Source of the DNA: an uncultured Chloroflexia bacterium
GTDB taxonomy: Bacteria; Chloroflexota; Limnocylindria; Limnocylindrales; CSP1-4
Reading direction: 5' to 3'
Assembly: GCA_963752475.1 (NCBI GenBank)
Contig: CAVVYR010000004.1
Coordinates: 207,051-271,050, forward strand
Length of the DNA stretch: 64,000 bases
The position numbers and the translations under genes were made by a program. This document shows, piece by piece, positions 12,311 through 21,503 of this stretch. Each line of letters starts with the position of its first letter. The first letter of the stretch is position 1. The notes beneath the pieces were generated by a model. It was not told the origin of the DNA and did not search any database. It worked only from the letters and a program-made list of their open reading frames with translations.

Positions 12311-13825
12311 GACGGCCCTCCCGTAGCAGACGCGCAGCAGCTCTTCTTCGCTGGCCTCGCCGTCGGCTCGAAGCGGCCGGCGATGCGACCCTCGTGCAGC
12401 ACCAGGATGCGGTCACACAGGCCGATGAGCTCGACCAGCTCGGAGCTGACCACGAGGACGGCGGTGCCCTCGGCCGCGAGCCGACGGATGAGCGCGTAGA
12501 TCTGGGTCTTGGTGGTCATGTCCACGCCGCGCGTGGGCTCGTCGAGCAGCAGCACCCGCGGACGCCAGCGCCAGGAAGCGGGCGAGCACGACCTTCTGCT
12601 GGTTGCCACCCGAGAGCGTGAGCACCTCCTGCTCGAGCGAGCGGGCACGCACATCGAGCTGGTCCCACAGCTCGCTGCGCGTGCTCGTGCTCGCGACGTG
12701 CGGCGAGGCCACGAAGCGCGCGCGACGTGCATGCTGGTCGATGACGTGGCGTTGAGGTTGCGCTCGACGCTGTCGGGGATGCAACGCCTGCGAGCGACGC
12801 TCGGGCGGCACCAGCACCACGCCCTGAGCCTGAGCGTGGCCGACGCTGCTGGGCTCGTAGGCCGACCCATCGAGTGTGAGCTCGCCAGTCTGCGCGCCGA
12901 GATGCCCCGGCCAGCGAGGCGCAGCAGCTCGCTGCGACCCGATCCGGCCAGACCGGCGACGCCCAGCACCTCGCCCGCCCGCAGCTCGAAGGACGCATCA
13001 CGGATGCGGCGACCCCCGAGCTCGCGCACGCCCAGGCGTACCTCGCCCGACTCGTTCTCGCCACTGCAGGGAAGACGGCGTCGATGGGTCGGCCGGCCAT
13101 GGCTGCGATGACGCCCTCGACGCTGGTGTCGCGCAAGCTCGCCTTCGTCGACCTTCTGGCCGTTGCGCAGGACGGTGAAGCGGTCGGCGATGCCGAAGAC
13201 CTCCTCGAGCCGGTGCGAGACGTAGACGATGCCGATGCCCTTGGCCCTTGAGCCGCTCGACTGGCTCGCGAAGAGCTGAGATGGTCTCGGCATCGGTGAG
13301 CGCGGCCGTGGGCTCGTCGAGGATGAGCAGCTTCGACTCTTGCGACAGGGCGCGCGCCAGCGCCGTCATCGTCTTGCCCACCGGGGAGAGCCGATCGGCA
13401 TCTTGGGTCACGTCGATGTCCTGGCCGAGCGTCTCGAAGAGCTCACGCGCCCGATCGTTGAGCTGCACGCCAGCGGACGACGCCGAGGCGCGAGGGCGTG
13501 GGCCGCCCCAGGAGCACGTTCTCGGCCACCGACAACCCGCCGACGGTCGAGAGCTCCTGGAAGAGCGTGGCCACACCGATGTGCATCGCCGCCTGCGGAG
13601 AGCCGAAGCGGAGCGCCTGCGCCGTCGATCGCGACGGAACCCTCGTCCGGCGATGACCACGCCCGAGACGATCTTGATGAGCGTCGACTTGCCCGCGCCG
13701 TTCTCGCCCAGCAGCGCGTGGACCTCGCCGGGTGCGACCTCCAGGTCGACCGCATCGAGCACCCGCGCGTCACCGTAGGTCTTGGAGAGGCCCCGGACGT
13801 CGAGGACGGGAGCGGGAGCGGTCCC
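12307..13825 (-). CDS. Sugar ABC transporter ATP-binding protein (RbsA-like, two NBDs), frameshifted
   Basis: [55 protein letters not shown]; start codon unclear near 13825. Confidence 0.85.
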
Positions 13826-15181
13826 CTAGTTCCCGAGGGCGCGCAGCGGTGGCGGCACGTGGCCGCCGCGATCGACGACGCCGACGTTGGCGCGGTCCCG
13901 CACATCGATCACCGGGGCTCGACCGAGCAAGCCGCCCCAGTCGACCCAATCGCCCGGCACGGCTCCCGGTACCGGGATCAACCGCGCAGCCGTGGTCTTG
14001 CTGTTGATGATGCCGATGGCGGCCTCGTCGGCGATGATGGCCGCGATCGTGTCAGCCGAGGTCGCGCCGGGCAGCGCGATCATGTCGAGCCCGACCGAGC
14101 AGACCGCGGTCATGGCTTCGAGCTTCTCGAGCACGAGGTGTCCGTCCGCCGCGGCGGAGGCGAAGTTGGCGTCCTCGCTGACAGGGATGAAGGCCCCCGA
14201 GAGCCCGCCGGCACGCGAGGTGGCCATGGCGCCACCCTTCTTGACCGCGTCGTTGAGCATGGCCAGCGCGACCGTGGAACCGGGGAGCCCCACGCGCTCG
14301 ACGCCGATGATCTCGAGGATCTCCGCCACCGAGTCACCGGGTGTCGAGGTCGGGGCCAGCGAGATGTCCACGACCCCGAAGGCCACGCCCAGCCGGCGCG
14401 AGACCTCGCGGCCCACGTGCTCGCCGACGCGCGTGATCTTGAAGACGGTGCGCTTGACCTCCTCGGCCAGCTCCTGCAGCGGGGCCCCGGGTGGCAGCCG
14501 GCGGAGCGCGTTGGCCACCACACCCGGCCCGGAGATGCCGACCGAGATGGCCGCGTCACCCTCCCCGAAGCCATGGAAGGCGCCGGCCATGAAGGGGTTG
14601 TCGGGCACCGCGTTGGCGAAGACGACGAGCTTGGCGCAGCCGATGGCCGATGCATCCGCGGTGCGGGCAGCGGTGTCCTTGATGACCTCGCCCATGAAGG
14701 CGACCGCGTCCATGTTGATGCCGGCGCCGGTGGTGGCCACGTTGACCGAGCCACAGACACGCCTCGTCTCCGCCAGCGCGGCCGGCAATGCCGCCATGAC
14801 CTCTTCGTCGATGCGCGAGGTGTTCTTCTCCACCATCGCGCTGAAGCCACCGATGAAGTCGACCCCGACGGTGGTGGCCGCCTCGTCGAGCGCGCGGGCC
14901 AGGTCCAGCAGCAGCTCCTGGTCCGGCCGATCGGCGACCCAGGCGACGGGCGTGACCGAGATGCGGCGGTTGACGATGGGGATGCCCGTCTCGGACGCCA
15001 GAGTGTCGGTGATGGGGATGAGATCGCCGGCCGTATCGGTGATGTGGCGGACGACATCCTCGGGCGTCCGGCAGCCCCGCAGGTTGATGCCGAGCGTCAC
15101 GGTGCGGATGTCGAGATGGTCACGACCGACCATCCCCACCGACTCGAGGATCTCATCCATGCCCAGGGGGCCACGGGCCAT
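13826..15181 (-). CDS. DUF711/UPF0210 (PFL-like fold) protein
   Basis: LDIRTVTLGI, NRRISVTP, GINMDAV, CAKLVVFAN...DNPFMAGAFHG, GGLSGAFIPVSED, CSVGLDM. Confidence 0.92.
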   Translation of the reverse strand: MARGPLGMDEILESVGMVGRDHLDIRTVTLGINLRGCRTPEDVVRHITDTAGDLIPITDTLASETGIPIVNRRISVTPVAWVADRPDQELLLDLARALDEAATTVGVDFIGGFSAMVEKNTSRIDEEVMAALPAALAETRRVCGSVNVATTGAGINMDAVAFMGEVIKDTAARTADASAIGCAKLVVFANAVPDNPFMAGAFHGFGEGDAAISVGISGPGVVANALRRLPPGAPLQELAEEVKRTVFKITRVGEHVGREVSRRLGVAFGVVDISLAPTSTPGDSVAEILEIIGVERVGLPGSTVALAMLNDAVKKGGAMATSRAGGLSGAFIPVSEDANFASAAADGHLVLEKLEAMTAVCSVGLDMIALPGATSADTIAAIIADEAAIGIINSKTTAARLIPVPGAVPGDWVDWGGLLGRAPVIDVRDRANVGVVDRGGHVPPPLRALGN

Positions 15182-15202
15182 CGCTGCTGCTCCTCTGCGC
15201 CG

Positions 15203-15634
15203 CTAGATGCGGTGCATGGCCTCGTACACGGAGTAGAGGCGCACGCTGATCTCCATGCCCAACTCCTTGCCCACGCGCTCGAGGCCGGCCACCAGGGCGT
15301 CGTAGCCGTCGGTACCGGTAAGGTCGACGACCAGCACCATCACGAACACGCCCGCAAGGATCGTCTGCGAGAGGTCGGTCACGTTGCCGTGCTGACGGGC
15401 GACCTCGCTCGCGACGGTGGCGATGATGCCCGGCTTGTCGATGCCCTGGACGGTGATGACGACCAGGTTCTCGGCCGCTGCCGCCGCGGCGGCGCGCGAC
15501 TCCTCGCCCCCGAAGCTCACGCGGTTGCGGCGCAGGTACTCGAGCGCCGAGGGTGCCAGGGTCCACCCTTCCTCGACATCGAGCACGCCGTCCTTGACGT
15601 AGGCGGCGACGTTCTCGGAGGTGATGGTGCGCAT
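15203..15634 (-). CDS. ACT-domain protein (UPF0237-like) with ~50-aa N-terminal extension
   Basis: VITVQGIDKPGIIA...NVTDLSQTI...YEAMHRI is the usual DUF711 partner; ATG at 15634. Confidence 0.85.
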   Translation of the reverse strand: MRTITSENVAAYVKDGVLDVEEGWTLAPSALEYLRRNRVSFGGEESRAAAAAAAENLVVITVQGIDKPGIIATVASEVARQHGNVTDLSQTILAGVFVMVLVVDLTGTDGYDALVAGLERVGKELGMEISVRLYSVYEAMHRI

Positions 15635-15693
15635 GTGGCAACTGTGACATGCCCGTGGCCACGCCGCGACTCGCCTTCGGTCACCATAGGGGC

Positions 15694-16308
15694 ATGAGCG
15701 TTTTCGATGACAAGGCTGCCGAGTGGGACTCGCCAGAGCACCTCGAGCGGGCCCGAGACCTGGCCGAAAGCATCCGCCGACACATCCCGCTGACCGCGGG
15801 CATGCACGCGATCGACATCGGGGCCGGTACCGGGTCGCTCGGCCTGGAGCTGCTGGCCGACATCGACTCGGTCGTCCTGAGCGACCCGTCCGAGGGGATG
15901 ATCGACGTGGCCCGCACGAAGATCGAGGCCGAGGGCATCGTGGACGCCCAGGCCATCGTCCTCGACTTCCCGTCCGATGAGCTGCCGCCGGGCGCACCCT
16001 TCGACCTGGCGGTCTCGATGATGGCACTACACCACGTCGAGGACACCGAGGCCACGCTGCGCTCGATCGATGCGGCACTGGCACCCGGTGGCTGGATCGG
16101 CCTCATCGACCTCGACAAGGAGGACGGCTCCTTCCACGACCCCGATCAGCCGGGCATCCACCACCACGGCTTCGACAGCGCCACGCTCATCGCGGCGGCC
16201 ACGGCGGTGGGCTTCGTGGATGCGCGGACGCGCATCGTGTCGGCGGTCACGCGGGAGGACGGGCGCAGCTATCCGTTGTTCCTGCTGACGGCGCGCAAGC
16301 CGGAGTAG
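15694..16308 (+). CDS. Class I SAM-dependent methyltransferase
   Basis: FDDKAAEWD, IDIGAGTG, MALHHV, DLDKEDGSFH. Confidence 0.9.
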   Translation: MSVFDDKAAEWDSPEHLERARDLAESIRRHIPLTAGMHAIDIGAGTGSLGLELLADIDSVVLSDPSEGMIDVARTKIEAEGIVDAQAIVLDFPSDELPPGAPFDLAVSMMALHHVEDTEATLRSIDAALAPGGWIGLIDLDKEDGSFHDPDQPGIHHHGFDSATLIAAATAVGFVDARTRIVSAVTREDGRSYPLFLLTARKPE

Positions 16309-16311
16309 CGG

Positions 16312-17292
16312 CTACTCCACCCCGCTGATCGCGACCTTGCCGCCGGGGCTACCGGTCTCGACAAGGTCGACCGCGAAGCCAGCCTCCTCGAAGGGCACGG
16401 TGGTGTCGATGACCGGCCGGAGCTCCCCGGCCTCGACCATCTCGCGGATCGCATCGAGGGTCGGAGTGTCCTCGCGCGTATTCACCAAGGTCAGCTTCTG
16501 GCTCACGAAGCGGTTCATGGCCACCGCGAGGATCATGTTGAGCCCGGGCCCCAGGAAGCGATCCCCATCTCCGGCACATTGGACCAGCGTGCCGTCATCG
16601 GCCAGCACTCGGCGGATGGCTCGCGGGCCCTCAGTACCTCCAAGCTGGAAAACGAGGTCCCAGCGCCCGTCGCCCCGCGTGTAGTCGTCTCGTGTGTAGT
16701 CGATGACCTCGTCCCCGCCGAGCGAACGCACGAGCTCGACGTTGCGCGTGCTGCAGACCCCCGTCACGTGCGCGCCCCAGGCCTTCGCCATCTGGACCGC
16801 GAGCGTGCCGACGCCGCCGGACGCACCCACGATGAGCACACGTTGTCCAGCCTCGATAGTGCCTTCGTCCCTGAGCCCCTGCCAGGCCGTGGCGGCTGCG
16901 AGCGGCAGGGACGCGGCCTCCTCCCAGCTCAGGCCGGCCGGCCTTCGCGCCAGCCTGCCGTGGGGCACCGCGAGGTACTCCGCGAACGCGCCATGCTGGA
17001 AGCCGTAGACCTCGTCTCCGACCACGAAGTCATCGACATCACCGTCGCCCAAGGCCTCCACGACCCCGGCGAAGTCACCGCCGGGCACCGGGTGCTTGGG
17101 GGCACGCAGGCCACCCGGACCCAGGCGTATGAAGTAGGGATGACCCTTGATGAAGTGCCAGTCGTAGGGATTGGCCGAGCTGGCCTTCACACGCACGAGG
17201 AGCTGCCCTTCCCCGGGCGTCGGCTTTTCGACCTCTTCGAGCTGCAGCACCTCGCTGGCGCTGCCGAACCGGTGATGGACCATCGCCCGCAT
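16312..17292 (-). CDS. NAD(P)-dependent MDR-family (quinone/alcohol) oxidoreductase
   Basis: NPYDW, GAFAEY, GASGGVG, GKV. Confidence 0.9.
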   Translation of the reverse strand: MRAMVHHRFGSASEVLQLEEVEKPTPGEGQLLVRVKASSANPYDWHFIKGHPYFIRLGPGGLRAPKHPVPGGDFAGVVEALGDGDVDDFVVGDEVYGFQHGAFAEYLAVPHGRLARRPAGLSWEEAASLPLAAATAWQGLRDEGTIEAGQRVLIVGASGGVGTLAVQMAKAWGAHVTGVCSTRNVELVRSLGGDEVIDYTRDDYTRGDGRWDLVFQLGGTEGPRAIRRVLADDGTLVQCAGDGDRFLGPGLNMILAVAMNRFVSQKLTLVNTREDTPTLDAIREMVEAGELRPVIDTTVPFEEAGFAVDLVETGSPGGKVAISGVE

Positions 17293-17318
17293 CGGCAGGA
17301 TCCTCCGTTAGCTGTGGC

Positions 17319-17331
17319 CTTACGTCGTAAG
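17319..17331. promoter_or_regulatory. Palindromic operator-like site CTTACGTCGTAAG
   Basis: Palindrome (6-bp arms, 1-nt centre) in the divergent intergenic region; TetR-like assignment is inference. Confidence 0.45.
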
Positions 17332-17389
17332 TCTAGAAATCTACACCGCTAGGCCGACTCGGGTCAAGCCACCTCGCTAGGCTCAGGCG

Positions 17390-18755
17390 GTGACCCCACC
17401 GTCCGCCTCCCCTGTCCCGGCGCGCGTGCTGCTGGCCCTGCCAGAGTTCCGCTCGCTGCTCGGAGCACGGGCACTGGCGGCGTTGGGCATGTCCGCCATC
17501 GCCACGGTCGTTGCGTTCCAAACGTGGGAGGTGACGGGCGACCCGCTCTCGCTCGGCCTCCTCGGGCTTGTACAAGCTATCCCGGCCCTCGGCCTGATGC
17601 TCTTCGGCGGCCATGTAGCGGACCGGCGCGACCGGCGCTCGATCATCCTCGTCACCGGCTCGATGCTGGCGCTCGGTGCGCTGGTATTGGCGCTCATCTC
17701 CACCACCGGGGCTGGAGCGTCGTTCGCGGGCATCCTCACGGTCGTCTTCACCATCGGCGTCGCGGCGGGCTTCGAGCGACCGGCGCTGGTGGCCTTCGAG
17801 ACGCAGGTCATCCCCATCGAGCACGCGACCCGTGGCGCTTCGCTCAGTGGTGGGGCCTGGACTGCCGCCGCCATCATCGGCCCGGCCTTCGGCGGGATCT
17901 CGATCGCCTTCCTGGGCATCCCGGCCACGTACCTGCTCATCGCGGTCGCGCTGGGCCTGTCGGTCCTGCTGGTGTCCCGCATCTCGCGCAAGCCGATGCC
18001 CGAGGCCGAGGTGTACGAAGGCGTGGTCAAGAGCCTCGCGGGTGGCGTGAAGTACGTGGCCCGGCACCAGGTGCTGCTGTCGGCCATGGCGCTCGACCTC
18101 TTCGCCGTCTTCTTCGGCGGCGCGATGGCGATGTTGCCGATCTACGCCACCGACATCCTGGGCGTGGGCCCGGTCGGTCTGGGCGCCCTGCGCACGATGC
18201 CCTCCGCCGGTGCCCTGATGGCGATGCTCGCGGCAGGTCGCTGGCAACCGCGCAAGAACGCCGGTCGCATCCTGCTCGTGTGCGTGGCGCTCTTCGGCGT
18301 GGCCATGATCGTCTTCGGCCTGTCCACGGACTTCTGGCTCTCGATGGTCGCGCTCTTCGCGGCCGGACTGGTCGATGGTGTCTCGATGGTCATCCGCCTC
18401 GTCATCCTGCGCGTCGAATCGCCTGAGGCGTTGCGTGGGCGGATCGCCTCCGTCAACCACGTATTCATCGGCGCCTCCAACGAACTGGGAGCCTTCGAGA
18501 GCGGCGTGGCGGCCTCGATAATGGGCGTCGTGCCCAGCGTCGTCTTCGGGGGCATCGTGACCCTCGTGGTCGTCAGCGGTGTAGCGGTCTTCGCGCCACA
18601 GCTGCGCAGAGCTCGACCTCGGCGAGCGGCTGATCGAGGGCCCGGGTGTCCAGCCCATGGCCACGGCAGCAGCTGGTGCCTCCAACATCGCTGCCGCGGA
18701 AGTCGACCCTGGGCTCGAGCCGGCGGGCGAACGGACCGAGCGACGGGACGAGTGA
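17390..18755 (+). CDS. MFS transporter (EntS/DHA3-like); frameshift near 18610
   Basis: Multiple TM segments, GHVADRRDRR, LDLFAVFFGG, RGRIASVN..FIGASNELG; shifted frame ends ..ERRDE* at 18755. Confidence 0.85.
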
Positions 18756-18801
18756 CGTCTGGCTCTGGCATCAGCGCGTGTCTTGCCCGAGCCTGCACGG
18801 C

Positions 18802-19317
18802 ATGACCCGACCGACTTCTCGCATCGAGCTGCTCGAGCGTTCGGCGACCGAGTTCGAAGCGCTGCTCGACGCGGTCGAGGCCCTCGAGCCCCGGCTGCGA
18901 ACCGGTCCGTCCGACTATCCGCGTGGCTCGGTCAAGGACATGCTCGCCCATCTCGATGCGTGGCACCGGATGCTCCTCCAGTGGGAGCGGATCGGGCGCA
19001 CCGGCGAGATCGCGCAGATGCCGGCGCCGGGCTTCACCTGGAAGACCACGCCCGAGCTGAACATGAGGATCCACGAGCGCCACATCGACGACTCGTGGGA
19101 GGACGTGGTGGTGAGCTTGCGCGAGTCGCATGCGCAGGTTCGGGCGGTCATCGCGAGCTACGGCGATGACGAGCTGTTCGAGAAGAAGCGCTATCGCTGG
19201 ACGGGCTCGACCTCGGTCGGCAGCTACGCGGTCTCGGCCACCACGAGCCACTACGACTGGGCCATGAAGCACCTGAAGCGTTCGCTGAAGGCGTGGGCAG
19301 CTGGAGCTGCGAGCTAG
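18802..19317 (+). CDS. ClbS/DfsB (DUF1706, DinB-like) four-helix-bundle protein
   Basis: SVKDMLAHL.AWH, PAPGFTWK, ELF....Y.WTGST, SATTSHYDWA. Confidence 0.85.
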   Translation: MTRPTSRIELLERSATEFEALLDAVEALEPRLRTGPSDYPRGSVKDMLAHLDAWHRMLLQWERIGRTGEIAQMPAPGFTWKTTPELNMRIHERHIDDSWEDVVVSLRESHAQVRAVIASYGDDELFEKKRYRWTGSTSVGSYAVSATTSHYDWAMKHLKRSLKAWAAGAAS

Positions 19318-19340
19318 GCAGCTGAGTCCCGAACGGTCAA

Positions 19341-19465
19341 ACCCGCCCGGAGGGTCACTGAGCGAAGCACTGCTTTCTCGCCTGATCACCCGAAGGGGCG
19401 AGTCGAAACGTGAAGCCACGCCCCTTCTCGGGCCAGCACTTCTCCCGGTGACCCGCCACGCGGGC
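19341..19465. repeat. Intergenic palindromic element with ACCC-N7-GGG(T/C) units
   Basis: ACCCGCCCGGAGGGT at 19341 and ACCCGCCACGCGGGC at 19451; GGGTCACTGAGCGAAGCAC matches 24733 at 18/19. Confidence 0.55.
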
Positions 19466-19474
19466 AGCGGCTGA

Positions 19475-20137
19475 CTAGGCTTCGTCCTCCATGTCCTCGT
19501 CCTCGGACATGTCGTCGTCACTCATGTCGTCCGACATCTCGTCGTCCATGTCGTCGCTCATGGAGTCGTCGTCCATGGCCATGTCGTCGCCACTCATCTC
19601 GTCGTCCATGGCCATGCCGTCGTGCATGCCCATTTCGCCGGTCTGGAGCACAGTGACCTGCACGTCGGTCGTGCCATCGCCGTTGTCGGTCAGCCAGGCG
19701 ATGCCGGCGTAGCCGGAGGCATCGACCGGGCTGATGCCCACGAGGAAGCTGCCGTCGACGTCATGGCCGCCGATCGAGCCGCAGGCGAGGATGGTGCCCA
19801 GATCGTCGGCGCTCTGGTGGACCATGATCGAGTGGTCCGCGGCAAGGATGTCGGTCAGCGCTAGGTCGACCGTCGAGAGGCCGATGTCGACGTGCGTGTG
19901 GGACTCCGCGCCCGCGGCCTCGTTGCCGACCACGCCGACGTCTGAGAGGCCCACGACCACGTCGCCGGGCATCGAGCAATCGCCTGCGTGGATGTGTGAG
20001 GGGTGGGGCTCCATCGAGCCCATCATCATGTCGTCGCCCGACATCTCGTCGGACGTGTCCTCCTGTGCCAGCGCGCTCGCGGGGGCCAGCGCCAGGGCCA
20101 GCATCGCGGCAGCGCCGATAGCCGTTGTTCGTCGCAT
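19475..20137 (-). CDS. Secreted His/Met/Asp-rich protein (CHRD/Cu-SOD-like HPSHIH motif), putative metal binding
   Basis: Signal peptide ending ALA-QE; HPSHIHAGDC, HSIMVH, ILACG; C-terminal (M/D/S/E)n tail. Confidence 0.75.
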   Translation of the reverse strand: MRRTTAIGAAAMLALALAPASALAQEDTSDEMSGDDMMMGSMEPHPSHIHAGDCSMPGDVVVGLSDVGVVGNEAAGAESHTHVDIGLSTVDLALTDILAADHSIMVHQSADDLGTILACGSIGGHDVDGSFLVGISPVDASGYAGIAWLTDNGDGTTDVQVTVLQTGEMGMHDGMAMDDEMSGDDMAMDDDSMSDDMDDEMSDDMSDDDMSEDEDMEDEA

Positions 20138-20205
20138 GGATCCTTCTCCTCTGCCTGTGGCAGCCGCTGGATGCGACCGCACGCCGGCGAGGATGGGCAA
20201 CCCCC

Positions 20206-20254
20206 GTGACACGGCAACGAAGGTTGCGTGACGGCTCGATGACCGTTCCGTGAC
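20206..20254 (-). promoter_or_regulatory. 11-bp-phased GTCA(C/T) direct repeats upstream of the Met-rich protein
   Basis: RTGAC on the + strand at 20206, 20228, 20239 and 20250. Confidence 0.5.
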
Positions 20255-20261
20255 GCGCCCG

Positions 20262-20594
20262 CTATCCCCGTTGTGGGCGAGTGCGCCTGCCGTTGAGCAT
20301 GGTGCCGATGAAGGTGTAGCGCACGACCAGCTGGTAGAGGATGAGCAGGATCACGCACGTCGTGAGCACGATGAGCCCGAACTTCAGCACGGCCGGCAGG
20401 TCCCAGGTCCGCACCCACGCCTGCAGCGCGATGACCAACGTCAGGTGCGTCAAGTACATCCAGTAGGCGGAGTCGGAGAGGTAGCGGACCCAGTAGCGCT
20501 CGCGCGAGAGGAACGCGCGGAAGAGGCCCAGCCGCCCGCGAGCCCATGACACTAGGCCGGAGCGGCGGCAACGCGACGGGCCGTTGGTCACCAC
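20262..20594 (-). pseudogene. C-terminal fragment of an acyltransferase-3 (OpgC/MdoC-like) membrane protein
   Basis: RYLSDSAYWMYLTHL...YQLVVRYTFIGTMLNG; no N-terminal part is present upstream. Confidence 0.7.
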
Positions 20595-20709
20595 TCATCG
20601 ACGAGATAGCTCCTGGCGTGGCGGGTACGCGAAGCAGCGACGCGTTGGTCGGGCCGGGCCGGGCCGCGATGGGCACCTGATGCGAGAGCCAGCCATACCC
20701 AGCGGCCGG

Positions 20710-20750
20710 AAACGAAACGACCCCCTGCCCGTCTGGCGGGAGGGGGTCGT
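20710..20750 (-). terminator. Rho-independent terminator
   Basis: GC-rich stem ACGACCCCCT...AGGGGGTCGT followed by TTCGTTT on the minus strand. Confidence 0.7.
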
Positions 20751-20782
20751 ACCGAGGTGGTGATGCTTCGCGGCGGTCTGCG

Positions 20783-20941
20783 CTAGACGCGGCGGCGACG
20801 GCGACCCGGTGAGGTGACGACGGCGGCCTTGGCTACCGGCTTCGGACCTGGCGAGGCGACGACCGCTGCCTTGGCCACCGGCGAGGGGCCAGGCTTGGCG
20901 ACGACCGCTGCCTTGGCGGCCCGGGAGTGTCTCATCGGCAT
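20783..20941 (-). CDS. 52-aa basic repeat micro-protein (not in ORF track)
   Basis: MPMRHSRAAKAAVVAKPGPSPVAKAAVVASPGPKPVAKAAVVTSPGRRRRRV*; RBS GAAGGAG inside the upstream gene end; terminator follows. Confidence 0.7.
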   Translation of the reverse strand: MPMRHSRAAKAAVVAKPGPSPVAKAAVVASPGPKPVAKAAVVTSPGRRRRRV

Positions 20942-20942
20942 A

Positions 20943-21401
20943 TCAGACTCCTTCGGTTTCGGCCGCTTCGTCCGCCTCGATGGCGGCGATGAGGGCCTGG
21001 GTGGGGATGCGTCCGTCAGCTACTAGTTGGCCACCGGCGTGACGGATGGCTGAGGCAAAGGGTGCGGCCCACAGGTTCTCGTAGACGACGATCCCGGCCA
21101 CGCTGTCAGGCGTCATGGCCTCTGCGAGAGTGACGACGTCGTCGGCCGCCAGCGTCTCGGCCAGATCGGCCTCGATCCGCATCAGGTCGTCCGCGTCGGA
21201 CATGTCCTCGAGCTCGATGGCGTCGAGGGAACCGTCTTCATTCTTGACCAGAACGAGCAGGTCCATGAGGCGGATGGTGCCGGCGTCATGGAGCTTGAGC
21301 AGCTCGGCTAGGCCCTCCCCGGTGAAGTTGGTCTGGCCCGCGGGAAACTCCACGACGAGGTAGTCGATGGGACCCATTTCATCTAGTGGTCTCTCGGTCA
21401 T
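20943..21401 (-). CDS. DUF6325 family protein
   Basis: MGPIDYLVVEFP, GTIRLMDL, YENLWAAPF...GG.LVADGRIP; RBS GGAGG. Confidence 0.85.
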   Translation of the reverse strand: MTERPLDEMGPIDYLVVEFPAGQTNFTGEGLAELLKLHDAGTIRLMDLLVLVKNEDGSLDAIELEDMSDADDLMRIEADLAETLAADDVVTLAEAMTPDSVAGIVVYENLWAAPFASAIRHAGGQLVADGRIPTQALIAAIEADEAAETEGV

Positions 21402-21503
21402 GATCCTCCGATCGGTTGCGTCTGTTGAGTCGGTCACAAGCGTACTCTGCCGCGGCCTCGACTCATCGTCCGAAACGAGTGAAATGGTGGGTGCTGCAGC
21501 CCT

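Noticed and set aside
7633-13825. Cluster of pseudogenes or programmed frameshifts
   Set aside because: Indels are dense near the degraded tract and also hit asnS, so sequencing error is the simpler explanation.
19320-19470. Riboswitch or known ncRNA
   Set aside because: Lies between convergent 3' ends and matches no family I can recognise.
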